Shown here: piece after piece, positions 1 through 12,583 of the stretch
How positions within the stretch are numbered: the first letter of the stretch is position 1
How the letters are laid out: each line of letters begins with the position of its first letter
Source of the DNA: Chrysemys picta bellii
Taxonomy: Eukaryota
Direction: 5' to 3'
Length of the DNA stretch: 64,000 nucleotides
NCBI RefSeq assembly: GCF_011386835.1
Contig: NC_088800.1
Location: forward strand, 2,604,001 to 2,668,000
Program-made: the position numbers and the translations under genes
The notes under the pieces: generated by a model
Database searches by the model: none
Told to the model about the DNA's origin: nothing
The model's input: the letters and a program-made list of their open reading frames with translations, nothing else

Positions 1-1823
1 TCAGCTTAATTGGGATGCTGGCTTTAAAATCTGTGCTCAAAATGTTGTTTGTTCTGCCTCACCTGATCGAACAAAACTTAGTGATTTGGGGTTTTGTAGA
101 TTTGCCTATCTAATAATATGTCTCTTTGAAATCAGTATGTTGATTTTCTTCCATAGTGATCACGGTTCTACTTGGAATTATTATTTGTTTTATTCTGCCA
201 GGCTTAATGAAAATATTAAAAGAACCAACTGTCCCGTCCCCCTGCAACCTCAACCCTTTAATTTTTCCAGTGCAAATACTGTAATGAAAAACAGGGCCAC
301 TGAAAGTGGGGGTGAGTACAGCCTGCAGGTGGCACTATGGAGACGAGCAAAAGCACCTCTTACACGGCTGTACAACACTGATCGAATCTAGCTGGTGAAT
401 TGGGTGAACGACGTGCTTAGCTAGAAATAAGAAATCATCATCATAAAACTAAGAGTAACATCAGGCAGTACTTGGGGGGGGGGGGGGGAAGCTGAAATGA
501 AAGAGATTTCAAAGGGAATGATTACAGAAGACCCCTGCCTGTGTTCAGTGCTTTGCCTGAGAATGTTACAATTTAATGGGGGGGGGAGTAGAAATAACAA
601 TCAGATGTGGAAGAAACATTCATTTTAATAAGGCCCTTTAGAGAGTCATTGCTCTTGGGTAGGGACCGGTTGGTGGGGTTAGTTCGCTCCCAGTGTCTCC
701 TTGAGGCCCAGGTGGAGACCAAGGCTCCATTGTGCACATACATAGTCCCTGCCCCGAAGAGCTTCCTGGTTTGTAGGCAGGACAGAGCAAAGAAGGGACG
801 GGGAAGGGGGTAAAAAGAGCAGTGAGTGACTTGCTGAAAGTCACACAGCAGATCCGTGGCAGATCCAGGGCTGGAAGGCACGCCTCCGAGGCCTTGTCCA
901 TTGCCCCACCCACTAATCCATACTGTGTCTAAGGGCAAGCGGTATCCTCTTGCATGTAAGGTCAATACCTGCTTTGTTTGCCAGGGCTGCTAACCCAGCT
1001 TTGGAAGCATGAGCCACGCACAACCGTTTGGGCAGGTTTAGTGTGACGCTCTAAGAAGACCCAATAGCACCTTACCAGAGGGCATGTGATAACCAGAGAC
1101 ACATGCTGTTTCCTTCGTTCTCTTCATCCATCCCAGAGCTTCATCATGCACCAAGCCGCTTGCCAGCTCTCCGCTCTCTGATATTTTACTTGTTCCAGAA
1201 CATATGTCTCCTCGCTCTGAATATCCTTGAAGTCACTTGATTAATTGCTCAGTTTGGGAGCACTTAACACATTTCAGGACATCAGCTGCCTCAAAGTTTA
1301 GTTACAAAAATAGAAAACGAGCAGACAGACTTTCTTCAAATTAATTGTTTTCACTAAAAAGCAAGACTGGATAGAGACATCTAGTGCAATTACCACGGTT
1401 CAGCATTAGCTGCAAGGCAGAAATGAATTTAATCTTGTCATGGCAAAAGAATCTCCAAGTGTATTAACTGTTCTTTTTCCTGTTCAAAATATATTTAGTT
1501 CAGAAAGACCTGCAGTCAGTGACAGGATCTATAGAAAAAACTATGTACAAACAAAAATGCCTGATGTGACACTGTACTTCTAAGATGGGTTTAGGCTGGG
1601 TACAGCTTGGCTGTACTGACGCCAGTGGGATTACTCTGCTGCATACAGGCAACCCTTAAATGTGTGATCAGCACGGTCTAGCCCATAGCTCTTAATTGCC
1701 CAGGACAAGGGGTGATGTCCAAACCAGAGCTGACCAAAGGGTGACCGTTCCCTTTCACAGCAACTTTTGAGGGTTTAAAATTGTTTTTGTTCCACAATGG
1801 CATAAAATCGAAACCTTTCAAGT

Positions 1824-1996
1824 GGGGGAGGTTTGAGCATTGGCCTGCTAAACCCACGGTTGTGAGTTCAATCCTTGAGGGGACCATTTAGGAAACGGGG
1901 GTAAAAATCTGTCTGTGGATTGGTCCTGCTTTGAGCAGGGGGTTGGACTAGATGACCTCCTGAGGTCCCTTCCAACCTTAATATTCTATGATTCTA
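1824..1996 (+). mobile_element. tRNA-derived turtle SINE (tortoise PolIII/Cry type) with CR1-type 3' tail; 5' A-box region partly missing
   Basis: Head GTTTGAGCATTGGCCTGCTAAACCCACGGTTGTGAGTTCAATCC with B-box GTTCAATCC. Tail GATTGGTCCTGCTTTGAGCAGGGGGTTGGACTAGATGACCTCCTGAGGTCCCTTCCAACC...ATTCTATGATTCTA matches the CR1 3' ends at 5626-5694 and 52903-52980. Confidence 0.9.
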
Positions 1997-3840
1997 ACAA
2001 AAATGAAATTGCATCAAAATGCCCATTTTCAGATTAAAACCTGAACATTTCAATTCAGCAAGAGTCACAGGTGGATAACCCAAGTTCAAGGCCCCACTCT
2101 ACCTGATTCAGGGTTTTCCATTCCAGACTACCGACTCAAGCAGAGCAGGGTCTTGAACCTGTGGCTCTCAGAGCCCAAGCCAGTGCCCCTAAGCAGCTCT
2201 AGACTGTATCTCTAGCTTGTTTGACCCCTTTCCTGCTGAAAATTTGGTCAAAACTGATACATCTCCACACAAACATTTGGGCTTTGACAAAACCGCATAT
2301 TTTGGTGACATTTCATTGAAAATGATCTGACCAGCTCTGGTCCAGATCTCCTTGTCTTTCAGATGAGGTAAAATTTTCTCCAGTTTTCCAAATACCCATC
2401 CTCTGCCGTTTCCTGCTTTTCCTGAAATCATGGGCAAAGCCTCCTTCGAAGGGGCAGGGCCCAAATGGCTACATACAGTCTTGTGGAAGAGCCACTCATT
2501 GGGCTGATCCAGACCTGTAGAGTTAAGCAACCAGTGCAGACTTGGCTTTCTTAGTCCAACCATATTTGTTGACAATGCTCCAGTGCGTCTTGGCTTTGTC
2601 GTACGTATGATGTTAATTCCACTGCATACACTGATCAAATCAGATGAGGGGCTAAGGTGATGGTGAGTGACTTTTATCTCGTTTTGCAATGGCCCACAGA
2701 TGGGATTTATTTGCTGTAGAATAACCAGCTGCTTACTGACTGGGGACATCGTCTTCAAGTTTGGCTTATGGCTTTACAGAGGTGACTAATCACCACACTG
2801 TGGTGAATCCAGATGGACCTGACAGCCTATTTGGATAGCGCCTGGCGAGCAAAGATGGAGGCGGATCTGCACTGGGGAAAGTGGAGGCAGGCTCTCCCTC
2901 TTCTCTTGTTTACAGGGCCGGTATTTTTAAGATCAAAAGCTTTTCACATTTGGTCTCCAAAATTGAAGAAGCTAAAATGTTTCCACTCCAGCCATTAGAG
3001 AATCTGGCTCAGCCTCTTGCCATCTATCCCCACAATGAGCTTTCGGCGCATTCTCTTCATAACTTTGCAGCTTACAGAAATAAAACTTAGATTAAAACCA
3101 GTCCAGCAGCCTGGAGGTTTGAATGAGCTCTTGTACAATGTGCTGCCAAAGGGAGTATGTGTTAGAGAGCAACGTGTCTTCAAAAAGAGCCACAGTTTTC
3201 AAAGCCATGGAAATTTCACAGCACTGACCAAGGCACCTTGAGTTAAGAGTCCTCCCCGCTCTTCTCAGTCGCAGGGGTGCCTGTCGTCTTGCCCTGGTGC
3301 TCAAGTCAGTAGTTTTCCACATCCTTCAATAGATTCTGATGTTCTTGCCTTGAGTGGGGTTTGCTGACTGGGAGCCGCCCTCCAGTCTCCTTTCTTCTCC
3401 CCAGATGTACACTAATATTTTGACATTCTTGGCTTCCTGTTAGCAAAGATTCCATCAAGTTCTCCTCTGGCAGCATCGCCAAAGGGCAAGGTGCTCAGTC
3501 AAACTTTAGCAATTCTAGTTCTTGGCACCAGGGTTTGCCGACAGCTGGCTTCTGAAAGTCCTGGCCCCCAAGAAAGATACCGATGAGCTCTTACGAGGAG
3601 TCATTGGAGCTGGCCTGCTTTTAGAGATGGCCTCAGGGGTGGGGAGGTGGCATAGTCTCAAAGCAAGGGTGTGCGATGAGTCTGGGCACATGTCTGCATG
3701 CGTGGAAGGCTGAAGGTGCAGAAGGGTAAGATGCTGCATTCAAGAATTAATTTGTTTGGCCGCAGTTTATCCCTTTTTCCAGATCAACTATGAATATGTA
3801 GAACAGCACAAGTTCCAGTACAGATGCTTGGGGGATCCTT

Positions 3841-4099
3841 CCCTCAACAGTGAAAACTAATAATTTATTCCTACCCTTTGTTTCCTATCTTTTAACCAGT
3901 TCCTGATCTAGGAGAACACCTTCCCACGTATCCCATGACTGCTTACTTTGCTTAAGAGCCTTTGGTGAGGGACCTTGTCAAAGGCTTTCTGAAAATCCAA
4001 GTACACTAGATCCACTTGATCACCCTGATCCACATGTTTGTTGACTCACTCAAAGAATTCTAATAGATTGGTGAGGCATGATTTCCCTTTACAAAAGCT
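3841..4099 (-). mobile_element. CR1 LINE reverse-transcriptase fragment, decayed
   Basis: Manual minus-strand translation: SFCKGKSCLTNLLEFFE*VNKHVDQGDQVDLVYLDFQKAFDKVPHQRLLSKVSSHGIRGKVFS*IRNWLKDRKQRVGIN. Contains the CR1 RT motif YLDFxKAFDxVPH and two stops. Confidence 0.9.
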
Positions 4100-4270
4100 A
4101 AGCTTTTTACAGGAGCTGAGACTTCACATTATCCCTGGTGTCCAGGGCTAGAACAATGCATTTCAGTTGTTGCCTTGTTAAAGCAAACAAGGTCTTCTTA
4201 ACATTGCCTTCTGTCCAGAAATACCCACATTCACTTGGAGGCCAGTTCAACAGCTTCAATCTAGCCATCC

Positions 4271-4475
4271 GGGGGAGGGATAGCTCAGTGGTTTGAGCAT
4301 TGGCCTGCTAAACCCAGGGTTGTGAGTTCAATCCTTGAGGAGGCTACTTAGGGATCTGGGGCAAAATCAGTACTTGGTCCTGCTAGTGAAGGCAGGGGGC
4401 TGGACTGGATGACCTTTCAAGATCCCTTCCAGATCTAGGAGATAGGATATCTCCATTAATTACTTATTACTATTA
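4271..4475 (+). mobile_element. Full-length tRNA-derived turtle SINE with second tail type
   Basis: Head GGGGGAGGGATAGCTCAGTGGTTTGAGC (A-box) ... GAGTTCAATCC (B-box). Tail CTAGTGAAGGCAGGGGGCTGGACTGGATGACCTTTCAAGATCCCTTCCAG followed by an AT-rich end. Confidence 0.92.
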
Positions 4476-5178
4476 ACCAGACATTCCAACAGAGTACTTG
4501 GGCCAATGAGGCGGCTGGAGTTCTTGGCACTTATCTGCCTGGTTTTCTTCTTTGTCTGCTAGATGGCAACCTTTCCCTCCGCTGGGGAGTCTGGAATGGA
4601 GCTCGGGTTTGTGCCTCTTGGAAGTTGTTTTCGCTCAGGGCTGGTTAGATGCTTGAAAGTTGGAACTTATTTCTGTGCTGTCATCTAGAGCCCTTGTGTT
4701 AAAATGGATCATTCCAAAAACTGTCAGCAATTCTCTGCATCTAAATCTGTGGCTGCATCTCCACTGCTCCTAGAACTATCCTGCTGTTAGTACCTTAGAA
4801 GTCACCGACCCGGCACTAGGCATTCTGGCTGACTGGCAGATTCTTTCTCCTCAAAGGCTACACTGAGCAGTGACCGCTCCCAGTGTGAACACTCTGACCC
4901 GGGACTAAGAGTGTGTTAGCTTAAACCACTGACTAGCCACACAAAGGCACCCTTGCTGCAGAGTAGGGCTGCTCACACAGGGAGATAGTGCAGAATAGTT
5001 ACTGTACTTTGCATTCACATGCTAGCTATTCCGCATTAACTTCCCCATGAAGTCTACCTGTAGACAAGCCCTTAGGATTTTATACAGCCACCCATCACAG
5101 CAGTATCTGAGCACCTTCCAGATAAAATCAATAACACTGCCCCTGGAGAGAGCGCTGCAGCCTGCGATTCTGGGGAGT

Positions 5179-5694
5179 CATTGGAGTATTGCATCCAGTT
5201 TTGGGCCCCCCACTACAGAAGGGATGTGGACAAACGGGAGAGAGTCCAGCAAAGGGCAACGAAAATGATTAGGGGGTTGGAGCACATGACTTATGAGGAG
5301 AGGCTGAGGGAACTGGGATTGTTTAGTCTGCAGAAGAGAAGAATGAGGGGGATTTGATAGCTGCTTTCAACTACCTGAAAGGGGGTTCCAAAGAGGATGG
5401 AGCTCAGCTGTTCTCAGTGGTGGCAGATGACAGAACAAGGAGCAATGGTCTCAAGTTGCAGTGTGGGAGGTCTAGGTTGGACATTAGGAAACACTTTTTC
5501 ATTAGGAGGGTGGTGAAGCACTGGAAGGGGTTACCTAGGGAGGTGGTGGAATCTCCTTCCTTTTGACGTTTTTAAGGTCAGGCTTGACAAAGCCCTGGCT
5601 GGGATGATTTAGTTGGGGTTGGTCCTGTTTTGAGCAGGGGTTGGACTAGATGACCTCCTGAGGTCTTTTCCAACCCTAATCTCTGATTCTATGA
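5179..5694 (+). mobile_element. CR1 LINE 3' end (ORF2 C-terminus plus 3' UTR), 5'-truncated
   Basis: Translates as [57 protein letters not shown], then a 1-nt frameshift, then [35 protein letters not shown]... (ORF 5354-5566). Ends in a GATTCTATGA CR1 tail. Confidence 0.95.
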
Positions 5695-5785
5695 AATGCT
5701 CAGTGAGACCGGAAGAGTCTGTGTTGAGAAGAGTGTACAAAACTGTAGCCCACCCACTTCGCAGCCAGGCCCACCCAAATCTGAG

Positions 5786-6026
5786 CATAAGAACATAAGA
5801 AAGGCCGTACCGGGTCAGACCAAAGGTCCATCTAGCCCAGTATCCTGTCTGCCGACAGTGGCCAATGCCAGGTGCCCCAGAGGGAGTGAACCTAACAGGC
5901 AATGATCAAGTGATCTCTCTCCTGCCATCCATCTCCACCCTCTGACAGACAGAGGCTAGGGACACCATTCCTTACCCGTCCTGGCTAATAGCCATTAATG
6001 GACTTAACCACCGTGAATTTATCCAG
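5786..6026 (-). mobile_element. CR1 LINE 3' terminal fragment of a different subfamily, tail-to-tail with the previous copy
   Basis: Reverse complement ends CTAGATGGACCTTTGGTCTGACCCGGTACGGCCTTTCTTATGTTCTTATG, a CR1-type terminal hairpin region plus the 8-bp TTCTTATG repeat. Confidence 0.85.
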
Positions 6027-6106
6027 GGGGCGTAGTGCTGCCACAGTGGCTGGAGCATCACTTGGGCCCCTGAAATGCAGGATGGAGCTCTGTGCCCGCC
6101 CTTCAG

Positions 6107-6200
6107 AAACAACAAGGAGTCCGGTGGCACCTTAAAGACTAACAGATTTATTTGGGCATAAGCTTTCGTGGGTAAAAACCTCACTTCTTCGGCTGCATAG
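6107..6200 (-). mobile_element. Penelope-like element (PLE) terminal-repeat fragment
   Basis: Minus strand CACGAAAGCTTATGCCCAAATAAATCTGTTAGTCTTTAAGGTGCCACCGGACTCCTTGTT is homologous to 41854-41914 and contains a hammerhead-like core. Confidence 0.75.
6156..6196 (-). ncRNA. Degenerate minimal hammerhead ribozyme motif
   Basis: Minus strand GCAG-CCGAAGA-A-GTGAGGT TTTT ACCCAC-GAAA-GCT-T-ATGC: core CYGANGA...GAAA, bulged stem II, AGCT palindromic stem III. The stem I closing pair is a G-A mismatch. Confidence 0.55.
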
Positions 6201-7955
6201 CTATGCAGAAAGAGACGCTCCAGGAGCTCTGCCTGGCCATTGTCTGAGCCGCCCCGTGCGTGTGCCCAGCTTGGCAGGTGAAGCCCTGTGTTTGGGGGCA
6301 CCAGGGCTAGGAAGAGGATTTGGCGTCGGGAGAGAAGCTGAGCGAGCACCACCATTGCCTGGTCACCTGAAAGTTGGGGCCCACCCACATTTCCACTCCT
6401 ACCTAGGCCACTGGTACAAAGAGGCCTTGCTCTGCTCCCCTTGGAGGAGGTCATTGCATTAGGTGACTTCTTGCCAGGTGTCAGGGCAGCAAACACAGGC
6501 TCTCTTGACCCAACAGCTCACCTGGCTCAGTTAGTGTCTGAGGCACAAGAAGAGGGGACTGATAAATACCTCAAAGAAATGCCACAAGTAGGTTATTACC
6601 GTGCTCAGATGCAGTCCCCAAAGACTGCAGCCCTGTTATCCCAGAGGAGTAAATGCCCATGTTCTGGATCAGGAATCGGGAACGGTAGTGCAGGCGAGCT
6701 GGCGAGAGGCCATGCCTTGCATGGTCGGGGGAGAACAGAGCTGAAGGGAAAATTCTGGGGGAACCCCCAAAGTGGGAGTTTGCGGGGCAGTGGGGGGGGG
6801 GCAGTGGCAGAAATGTTGATGGATTCTGGCTGTTTATCATTCTTGGATTCTTGAGCATATTCATCCACCCCTGTGATAAGGTGCAGATTTTACCATAACT
6901 AAACTGAAAGTTGAATTTAGAATAGAGCTAAAGCTCTCCCCTGCAAATCGCTAAGAAAAAAAATACTTGCCGGCTCCTTAAATAAGAAACAAAACTGGGA
7001 GAGAGAGAGAGAGGGTGTGCGGGTGCCACTTCCATCCCGCCTTCCCCTCCCCTCCCAAAACAAGGTTTTCTTCCTACAAACAGGGAATCGCTTCCTGACC
7101 CATCAAGTCCACGGTGCAGTTTAATTTCTGTCAGTGCTAATTGCTGTGAAGCAACATTATTGCCAGATGCGGCTGTGAATTAGATTCAAATGGGAGAAAT
7201 GGGCCACCCACTGACCAAATATCATATTGCACTGACAACACTAAACCCAGAGCAAGCCGTAACCCAGGGAAGGAAAACCCAAGTCAAACCAGATTTCCAC
7301 TCGCTCCCTCTCCTTGCGAAAGTGGAACCAGATGGTCTGTGGCTTTGATAATGAGAGAGGCTGATTACTGCAGATACCACTTAAATGAAATAACACCCAG
7401 GGACGGGGTTAGAAGCAAAACCCAGAGGCATATAAGTTTTGCCTTCTGGGGCCACTGGCATCTGAAACAGTCTTAATAAAAGCATTACCAAAAAAATCCA
7501 GTTCCGCACTGAAATCAGGCTGCTCTCTTTGGACAGCAAACACAGCTGGGTTTCCCATCTGAAATCCAAAGAGCCATTTTAAGTGCACATGCAAATTCGT
7601 AATGATGTTTCCTGCAAGTGAACGCACGCTCACCAGGGGTAGGAGCATTTGGAAACCACGTGCACAGCAGGGCTGCCTTTTGTTAAGAGTGTAGCACTTG
7701 CACCCTTTGGCCCTCAGATGCAAGAAGACGTGTGCCAGTGGATGGGTCTGTCTGCAAGTGATAGCCACCATGTTGGCCAGTACACCAGGGATTGAACTGA
7801 ACGCTACTAAGGCTTTAGACTTGTGTTATTACACCTTGAGCTAAAGCCAAGGCTTGCTAATCAGGCCGCTAGCAGACGCAGCTTGGGCACAGAGAGGGCC
7901 CTATACCACACCCTTACCAGTGGGTTACACATGTCAACTGCAGGATTAGTGCCTT

Positions 7956-8047
7956 AGGGTTCAATCCTGCAAGGTGCTGAGTGCCCTTAACTCCCACTGA
8001 TATTGCTGGTAGCTAAAGGTGCTCAGCACCTTAAGGTGTTGGGCCCT
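7956..8047. repeat. Short imperfect palindromic interspersed repeat (MITE-like)
   Basis: Arms AAGGTGCTGAG... and ...CTCAGCACCTT flank a degenerate centre. No TSD identified. Confidence 0.5.
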
Positions 8048-9303
8048 TAGGGAGATGCACCAGGCGTGTGTGCAGAGGTAGGTCAGGGCCCAATGCTGCA
8101 AACACTGACCTGCATCAGTAGCCGTCCTCCCACACTTCAATCCAGGGGATTTAGCTGCATGTGGCGTTCTCATGTAATAGATGCATTTTTTAAAACTGGT
8201 TTGCCAAATTGATAGGGTCATAATTTTGTGTTCAAACTTGGAGCAACCTGAAGATCTCATTGAGCGTTAACAATCAAGTTACCTTTGGAGAGTGTCAGTG
8301 CAGTATTTAAGTTCTGAATGTTGAGAACCACCAAACTGAAATGTTTTCCGTTTTGCACAAAACTAACCCTGTCTAGCACGGGGTAGGGAGGCCTCTATGT
8401 TCAGCGCATGAGATTTCGTCCAGCTAAAGCACTGGGGTAGGCCCAGCTTGGCGTGGAGGGGCAACTGGGCCTTTAATGGTGACACTGGCTCTGTCATGGT
8501 AAGAGACCGCACCGCCCCCACTGTTAGCAACAGCTGGTACCTTCCTAATGCTGAGGGAAGCAGACGCTGCTGCTGTATGTGGGAACATCCCTATATAAGC
8601 AGCACGGTCCACAACAAATCACAAATTACTTCTATGCTCCTGCAGGAAGTTCTCCTTTACCCAAAGTGGCCACTAAGAGCATGAAGCCGTGCCCTCCATC
8701 ATTACAGCTGTCGCTCAGGTCGCAAAAATGCTCTCCCATTTCAGCAGCGTTGTCTGGGAACCCTTGCGAATGGGTGGGCCCAGATTTATCTTTTTCACTT
8801 TGTAATTATGTTGGCTCCCCCGCAGAACAAGCTTTCTTGCAGCCCAGGAGGCTTTGGCAAAGGGCTCGGAAGGAAATATCCTTGTGACGTAGGCAGCAGG
8901 CACGAGGAACAGTGACTAGTTAGAAAGCGAGATGCCAAGCTCATGCCAGATGGACCCCGGTGATTAGCTTGTTTTGTGGCTGTGACGCATGGCCAGAAAG
9001 GGTTAACCATCCTGCAGGATAAATGACCCAAATTCAACCCTTAAAGACATATTGGTAGATAATGTTTGTGATTTTGTGTGTTCACCTATATACTGGAAGA
9101 GGTTAACAATGTAATCAAACAGTCCGTGGCTATGCTGTACTCTGTTAATTCAGAGATCAAAAGGACATATTAATATTTAGATGAGCTGTAAACATAGTTA
9201 TATGTATTTATCTCTGTTTGAAATGTCTAGCAAATCACCTGAGAATGGCGGAAAATGGGCAATTGCCTTGTGTTAATCTCTGTAGCTAATTACGGTGATG
9301 CTT

Positions 9304-9494
9304 AATATAATATAATATAATTAATAATATATGGAGATATCCCTATCTCATAGAACTGGAAGGGACCCTGAAAGGTCATCGAGTCCAGCCCCCTGCCTTT
9401 ACTAGCAGGACCAAGTACTGATTTTTGCCACAGATCCCTAAGTGGCCCCCTCAAGGATTGAACTCACAACCCTGGGTTTAGCAGGCCAATGCTT
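9304..9494 (-). mobile_element. tRNA-derived turtle SINE, second tail type, 5' end truncated
   Basis: Reverse complement is homologous to 4271-4475. AT-rich tail at 9304-9331. Confidence 0.9.
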
Positions 9495-10154
9495 AGGAAA
9501 TAGGTCTACTTCTCTTGCTGCGGTTCTGCTCCTTTCCAGCCGGGCAGGTGCTCGAGGAGGATCCTGTGACACTGACAATTCACAATGGGAGATGCGGTGT
9601 CAGCTAAAACATTTCTCTAGCGCTGGTCTGAATGGTTACCTGACTTGGCTGCAAAATAGCCACCGTGTACCTGTGGACATCCAATTAGATCATCACTTCT
9701 AAAAGCCATTAGCTGTCGTTGTGATTTCCAAGTCTGAAGGCTGATCTCTCACGGCTGTCCCCTGGGTGTCCCAGTGGGGCTGTTTATAGCAGGACAGACC
9801 TGTTACCCTCTCACCATCCCACAGTCAGGCAGTATTTCATTATATTGGCTGTGAGAAGTCACTGTCTGACTAGACAACATGATTCGTCCTGCATGTGCAC
9901 AGGCGTCCGTTGTGTCTCAGGCAGATACAGCGTTACATTGTGTGCATGGATCTGTAGGGTCTCTCTCTGGGTTTTTAGTGGGAAGACGGGGTGAGTCTGG
10001 GGGATGGTCAGAGGCCAGGACCCTGAAGAGCGGGAACTAAACACTGGCTGCTGAACTCTGCCCTGAAGCACTGTCAATGTCACTGTAGCTACAACGGACC
10101 GAGTGAGGGCAGGCCCCCTATGACTTTTACCCATGGACGCTGGTGAGGAAGGAG

Positions 10155-10415
10155 GAGGATGGCCAATGACTAAGGCACCTGACTGGACTTAGCAGACGTG
10201 GGGTCACTTCCCAGCTCTACCACAGGTGTTCAGGGTGACTGTGGGCAAATCACGTGCTCTGTGTGCCCCTCTGTAAAATGGGGCTGAGAATACGTCCCTC
10301 GGCTGTCTCCTGTGTTTAGACAAGCTCTTCAGGATGGTCTCTCTCTCTGCACACGGCACTTACCACAGTGGGACCCTTCTCTCAGATGGGCCCTGGAGGT
10401 GTTAGCCTAATACAA
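10155..10415 (+). mobile_element. Old MIR/CORE-type SINE relic
   Basis: GTGACTGTGGGCAAATCAC...CCTCTGTAAAATGGGG resembles the CORE domain. Heavily diverged. Confidence 0.5.
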
Positions 10416-12092
10416 GCTCCGGTGTATTGGAACCTCTCAGTCTAGAAAACAGGGTGGGCAGGTGAGCGCCTGATAGAAAAGTGTGTGTGTTTGTGTTTGT
10501 TTGTGTTCTCAGGGAAGCTGATCCACGCTCGTGTCGGACTAATATGCTGCTTCTCTCCTCCTCTTGCAAAGCACCTATGAAGAGCTGAAAGACACAGCCT
10601 CAGGGAGCAAAAAGAAACCATTGCCCCAAATGGAGACTGACCCCATGGTCCTTGAACTTGGCATTGTGACTGGCTGCTTTTCATTATGCCGACAGCCTCC
10701 TCCCGAGAAGAACAAAGCTGGGTTCTACCAGACTAATCCCTCTTTGGAACAAGATTGATCCCTGTCTCCTTTAACTATTTTCAAATCTCTCCCCCCTTGT
10801 AGAGTGCTCAAAGGGATACACACCCCACCCCCAGCGTACAGTGTGTTACCGTTTGGCACACCTTTGAGTCGTTTTCATACCTAGCCATCAGCAGGCAGCG
10901 AGATGAGTGCAAAAGCGTACGGTGCACATGTGCACGTCCTGTAAGGAACAGCTTAGCGTGCGTGTTATCAGAGCCTCTTTGGAAAAGATGGGGTGTTTTC
11001 CTACCCCTCCCTGTTCTGATGGCTGGGAATGAATACAAGCGTTTCTCAGATTTTGGCTGCTAACTTGCAGATCGAAAATGTCAGTAGCAAACTTCATTCT
11101 CCCCGTGTGTGGGACACAGACCTCTCCAATAAGCACCATGTCAGACAAGCAATTTACAGGCTGCTAATAGCTAAGGGCCTGATCCTGAGAGCCCAGCTAA
11201 CTTATCCAAGGCACCTCTGTTCTCTGATAGCTGTTTGCCCTGAGCTCTGCTGACCTTGTCGCTATGAATTGTTTCTGTGAGCGGTAAGGGAATTTCCTAC
11301 AGGAGTTATCTGGCAAGATTCGGACTTAATTTCTTTGAGAGACACTAATTAAACTGCCGGGACTTGTGCTATTTGAAAAGGTCAAGAGATCTACATAGAC
11401 GTGGAAAGCTAAAGCTGTTGCAGGCAGCTCTGTGCTTGTCAGGCCACGTACGGTGGCAAACGCACATTCTGATAGCTACGTCGACCCTGCTTTGCCTGTG
11501 CACTGGGGGCTGCTCCCTCCTACAGCCGTTCCCAGACCCTACGGCCCAGCCGAAACACACGAGTCCTGCAGTTCTTTAAGGCTTATTAGTTACCAGGCCT
11601 CAGCCTCCTCCGGTGCCACCGCAGTGTGACAAGCACAATGGCTAAAGAGAAGCCTCTTCGAGCTTGGCCAGCTCCAATCTGAGAGACCGGCCCATGGACA
11701 GCTCTAATTGTCTTCTCCTGGCTGCCTGGGAAAGAACCTCTCCGCTCCAGCGATCAATCTCCAGCTTCTCTCCTCCCCCCGCTCCCAGGTGTTTGAGCCT
11801 TCTCCGGCTCACCCATTTGGCTTCTGCCCCCTGGACCTCGGGGTGTTTAGATGCACGTGGGCTAGCCTGACACCATGACACTCCGCCACACGGGGCGGGG
11901 GAAGAGCGCAGCGGCAGGGCCAGCAGCCGGTCTCTTCGCCGGCGAGAGTTGGGAATGCTGTGGAGACAGCACGCTTGGCTGCTACAACGAGCCCACTAGT
12001 AGATCCAGGAATAGCCCCAAGGGCTCCCAGGCCGGTTCTCCTGGCTGGGTTAACACGGCAGAATAAACTCATTCATTGCTAAGATGGGGCAG

Positions 12093-12120
12093 TTTATACC
12101 CCACCAGCTCCCCTGACTCA
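12093..12120 (-). promoter_or_regulatory. Possible TATA box with adjacent AP-1 site
   Basis: Minus strand TGAGTCA (12120-12114), then TATAAA (12098-12093), reading into a CpG-rich tract at about 11640-12060. Motif match only. Confidence 0.3.
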
Positions 12121-12236
12121 CCTCAGCAGGCCACCCACCTGTCTGGGTTTGGTCTGGGTGCAACCAAAAAGATTAACTCTGGTTGCGAGGGAGGGCTTAG
12201 TTCAAAGTTTGAAAACTGCTCAAGGTGCAGGCAGGA

Positions 12237-12583
12237 GGGTAGCTAGGGGCTGTGTGTGGGCAGGGCTGTAACTCTGGGTGTGGAAGGGGTAGCTAGGGGC
12301 TGTGTGGGGGCAGGATGGTGGCTTGGTGCAGCGAAGGGGTAGCAAGAGGCTATGTTCAGGCAGGGGGTGATTAGCTAGGGGCTGTGTGCAGGGAGGGTAG
12401 CTAGGGGCTGCGTGTGGATAGGGGTGTAACTCCGGGTGTGGAGGGGGTAGCTAGGGGCTGTGTGTGGGTAGGGGTAAAACTCCGGGTGTGGAGGGGGTAG
12501 CTAGGGGCTGCGTGTGGGCCGGATGGTGGCTTGGTGCAGTGAAGAGGTAGCGAGGGGCTATGTCCAGGCAGGGGTAGCTCAGG
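12237..12583. repeat. G-rich minisatellite, about 50-bp units with core GGGTAGCTAGGGGCTG
   Basis: Core recurs at about 12237, 12287, 12337, 12396, 12446, 12496 and 12546. Unit variants are arranged A-B-C then A-A-B-C. Confidence 0.85.

Noticed and set aside
4271-4345. tRNA-like A/B boxes and 5S-like segments as true RNA genes
   Set aside because: They are SINE heads fused to SINE bodies and tails, and they lack complete cloverleaf or full-length 5S sequence.
12237-12583. Regularly spaced repeats with variable intervening sequence, superficially CRISPR-like (also 49235-49567)
   Set aside because: The spacers are homologous to each other, the context is eukaryotic, and there are no cas genes. 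These are minisatellites.
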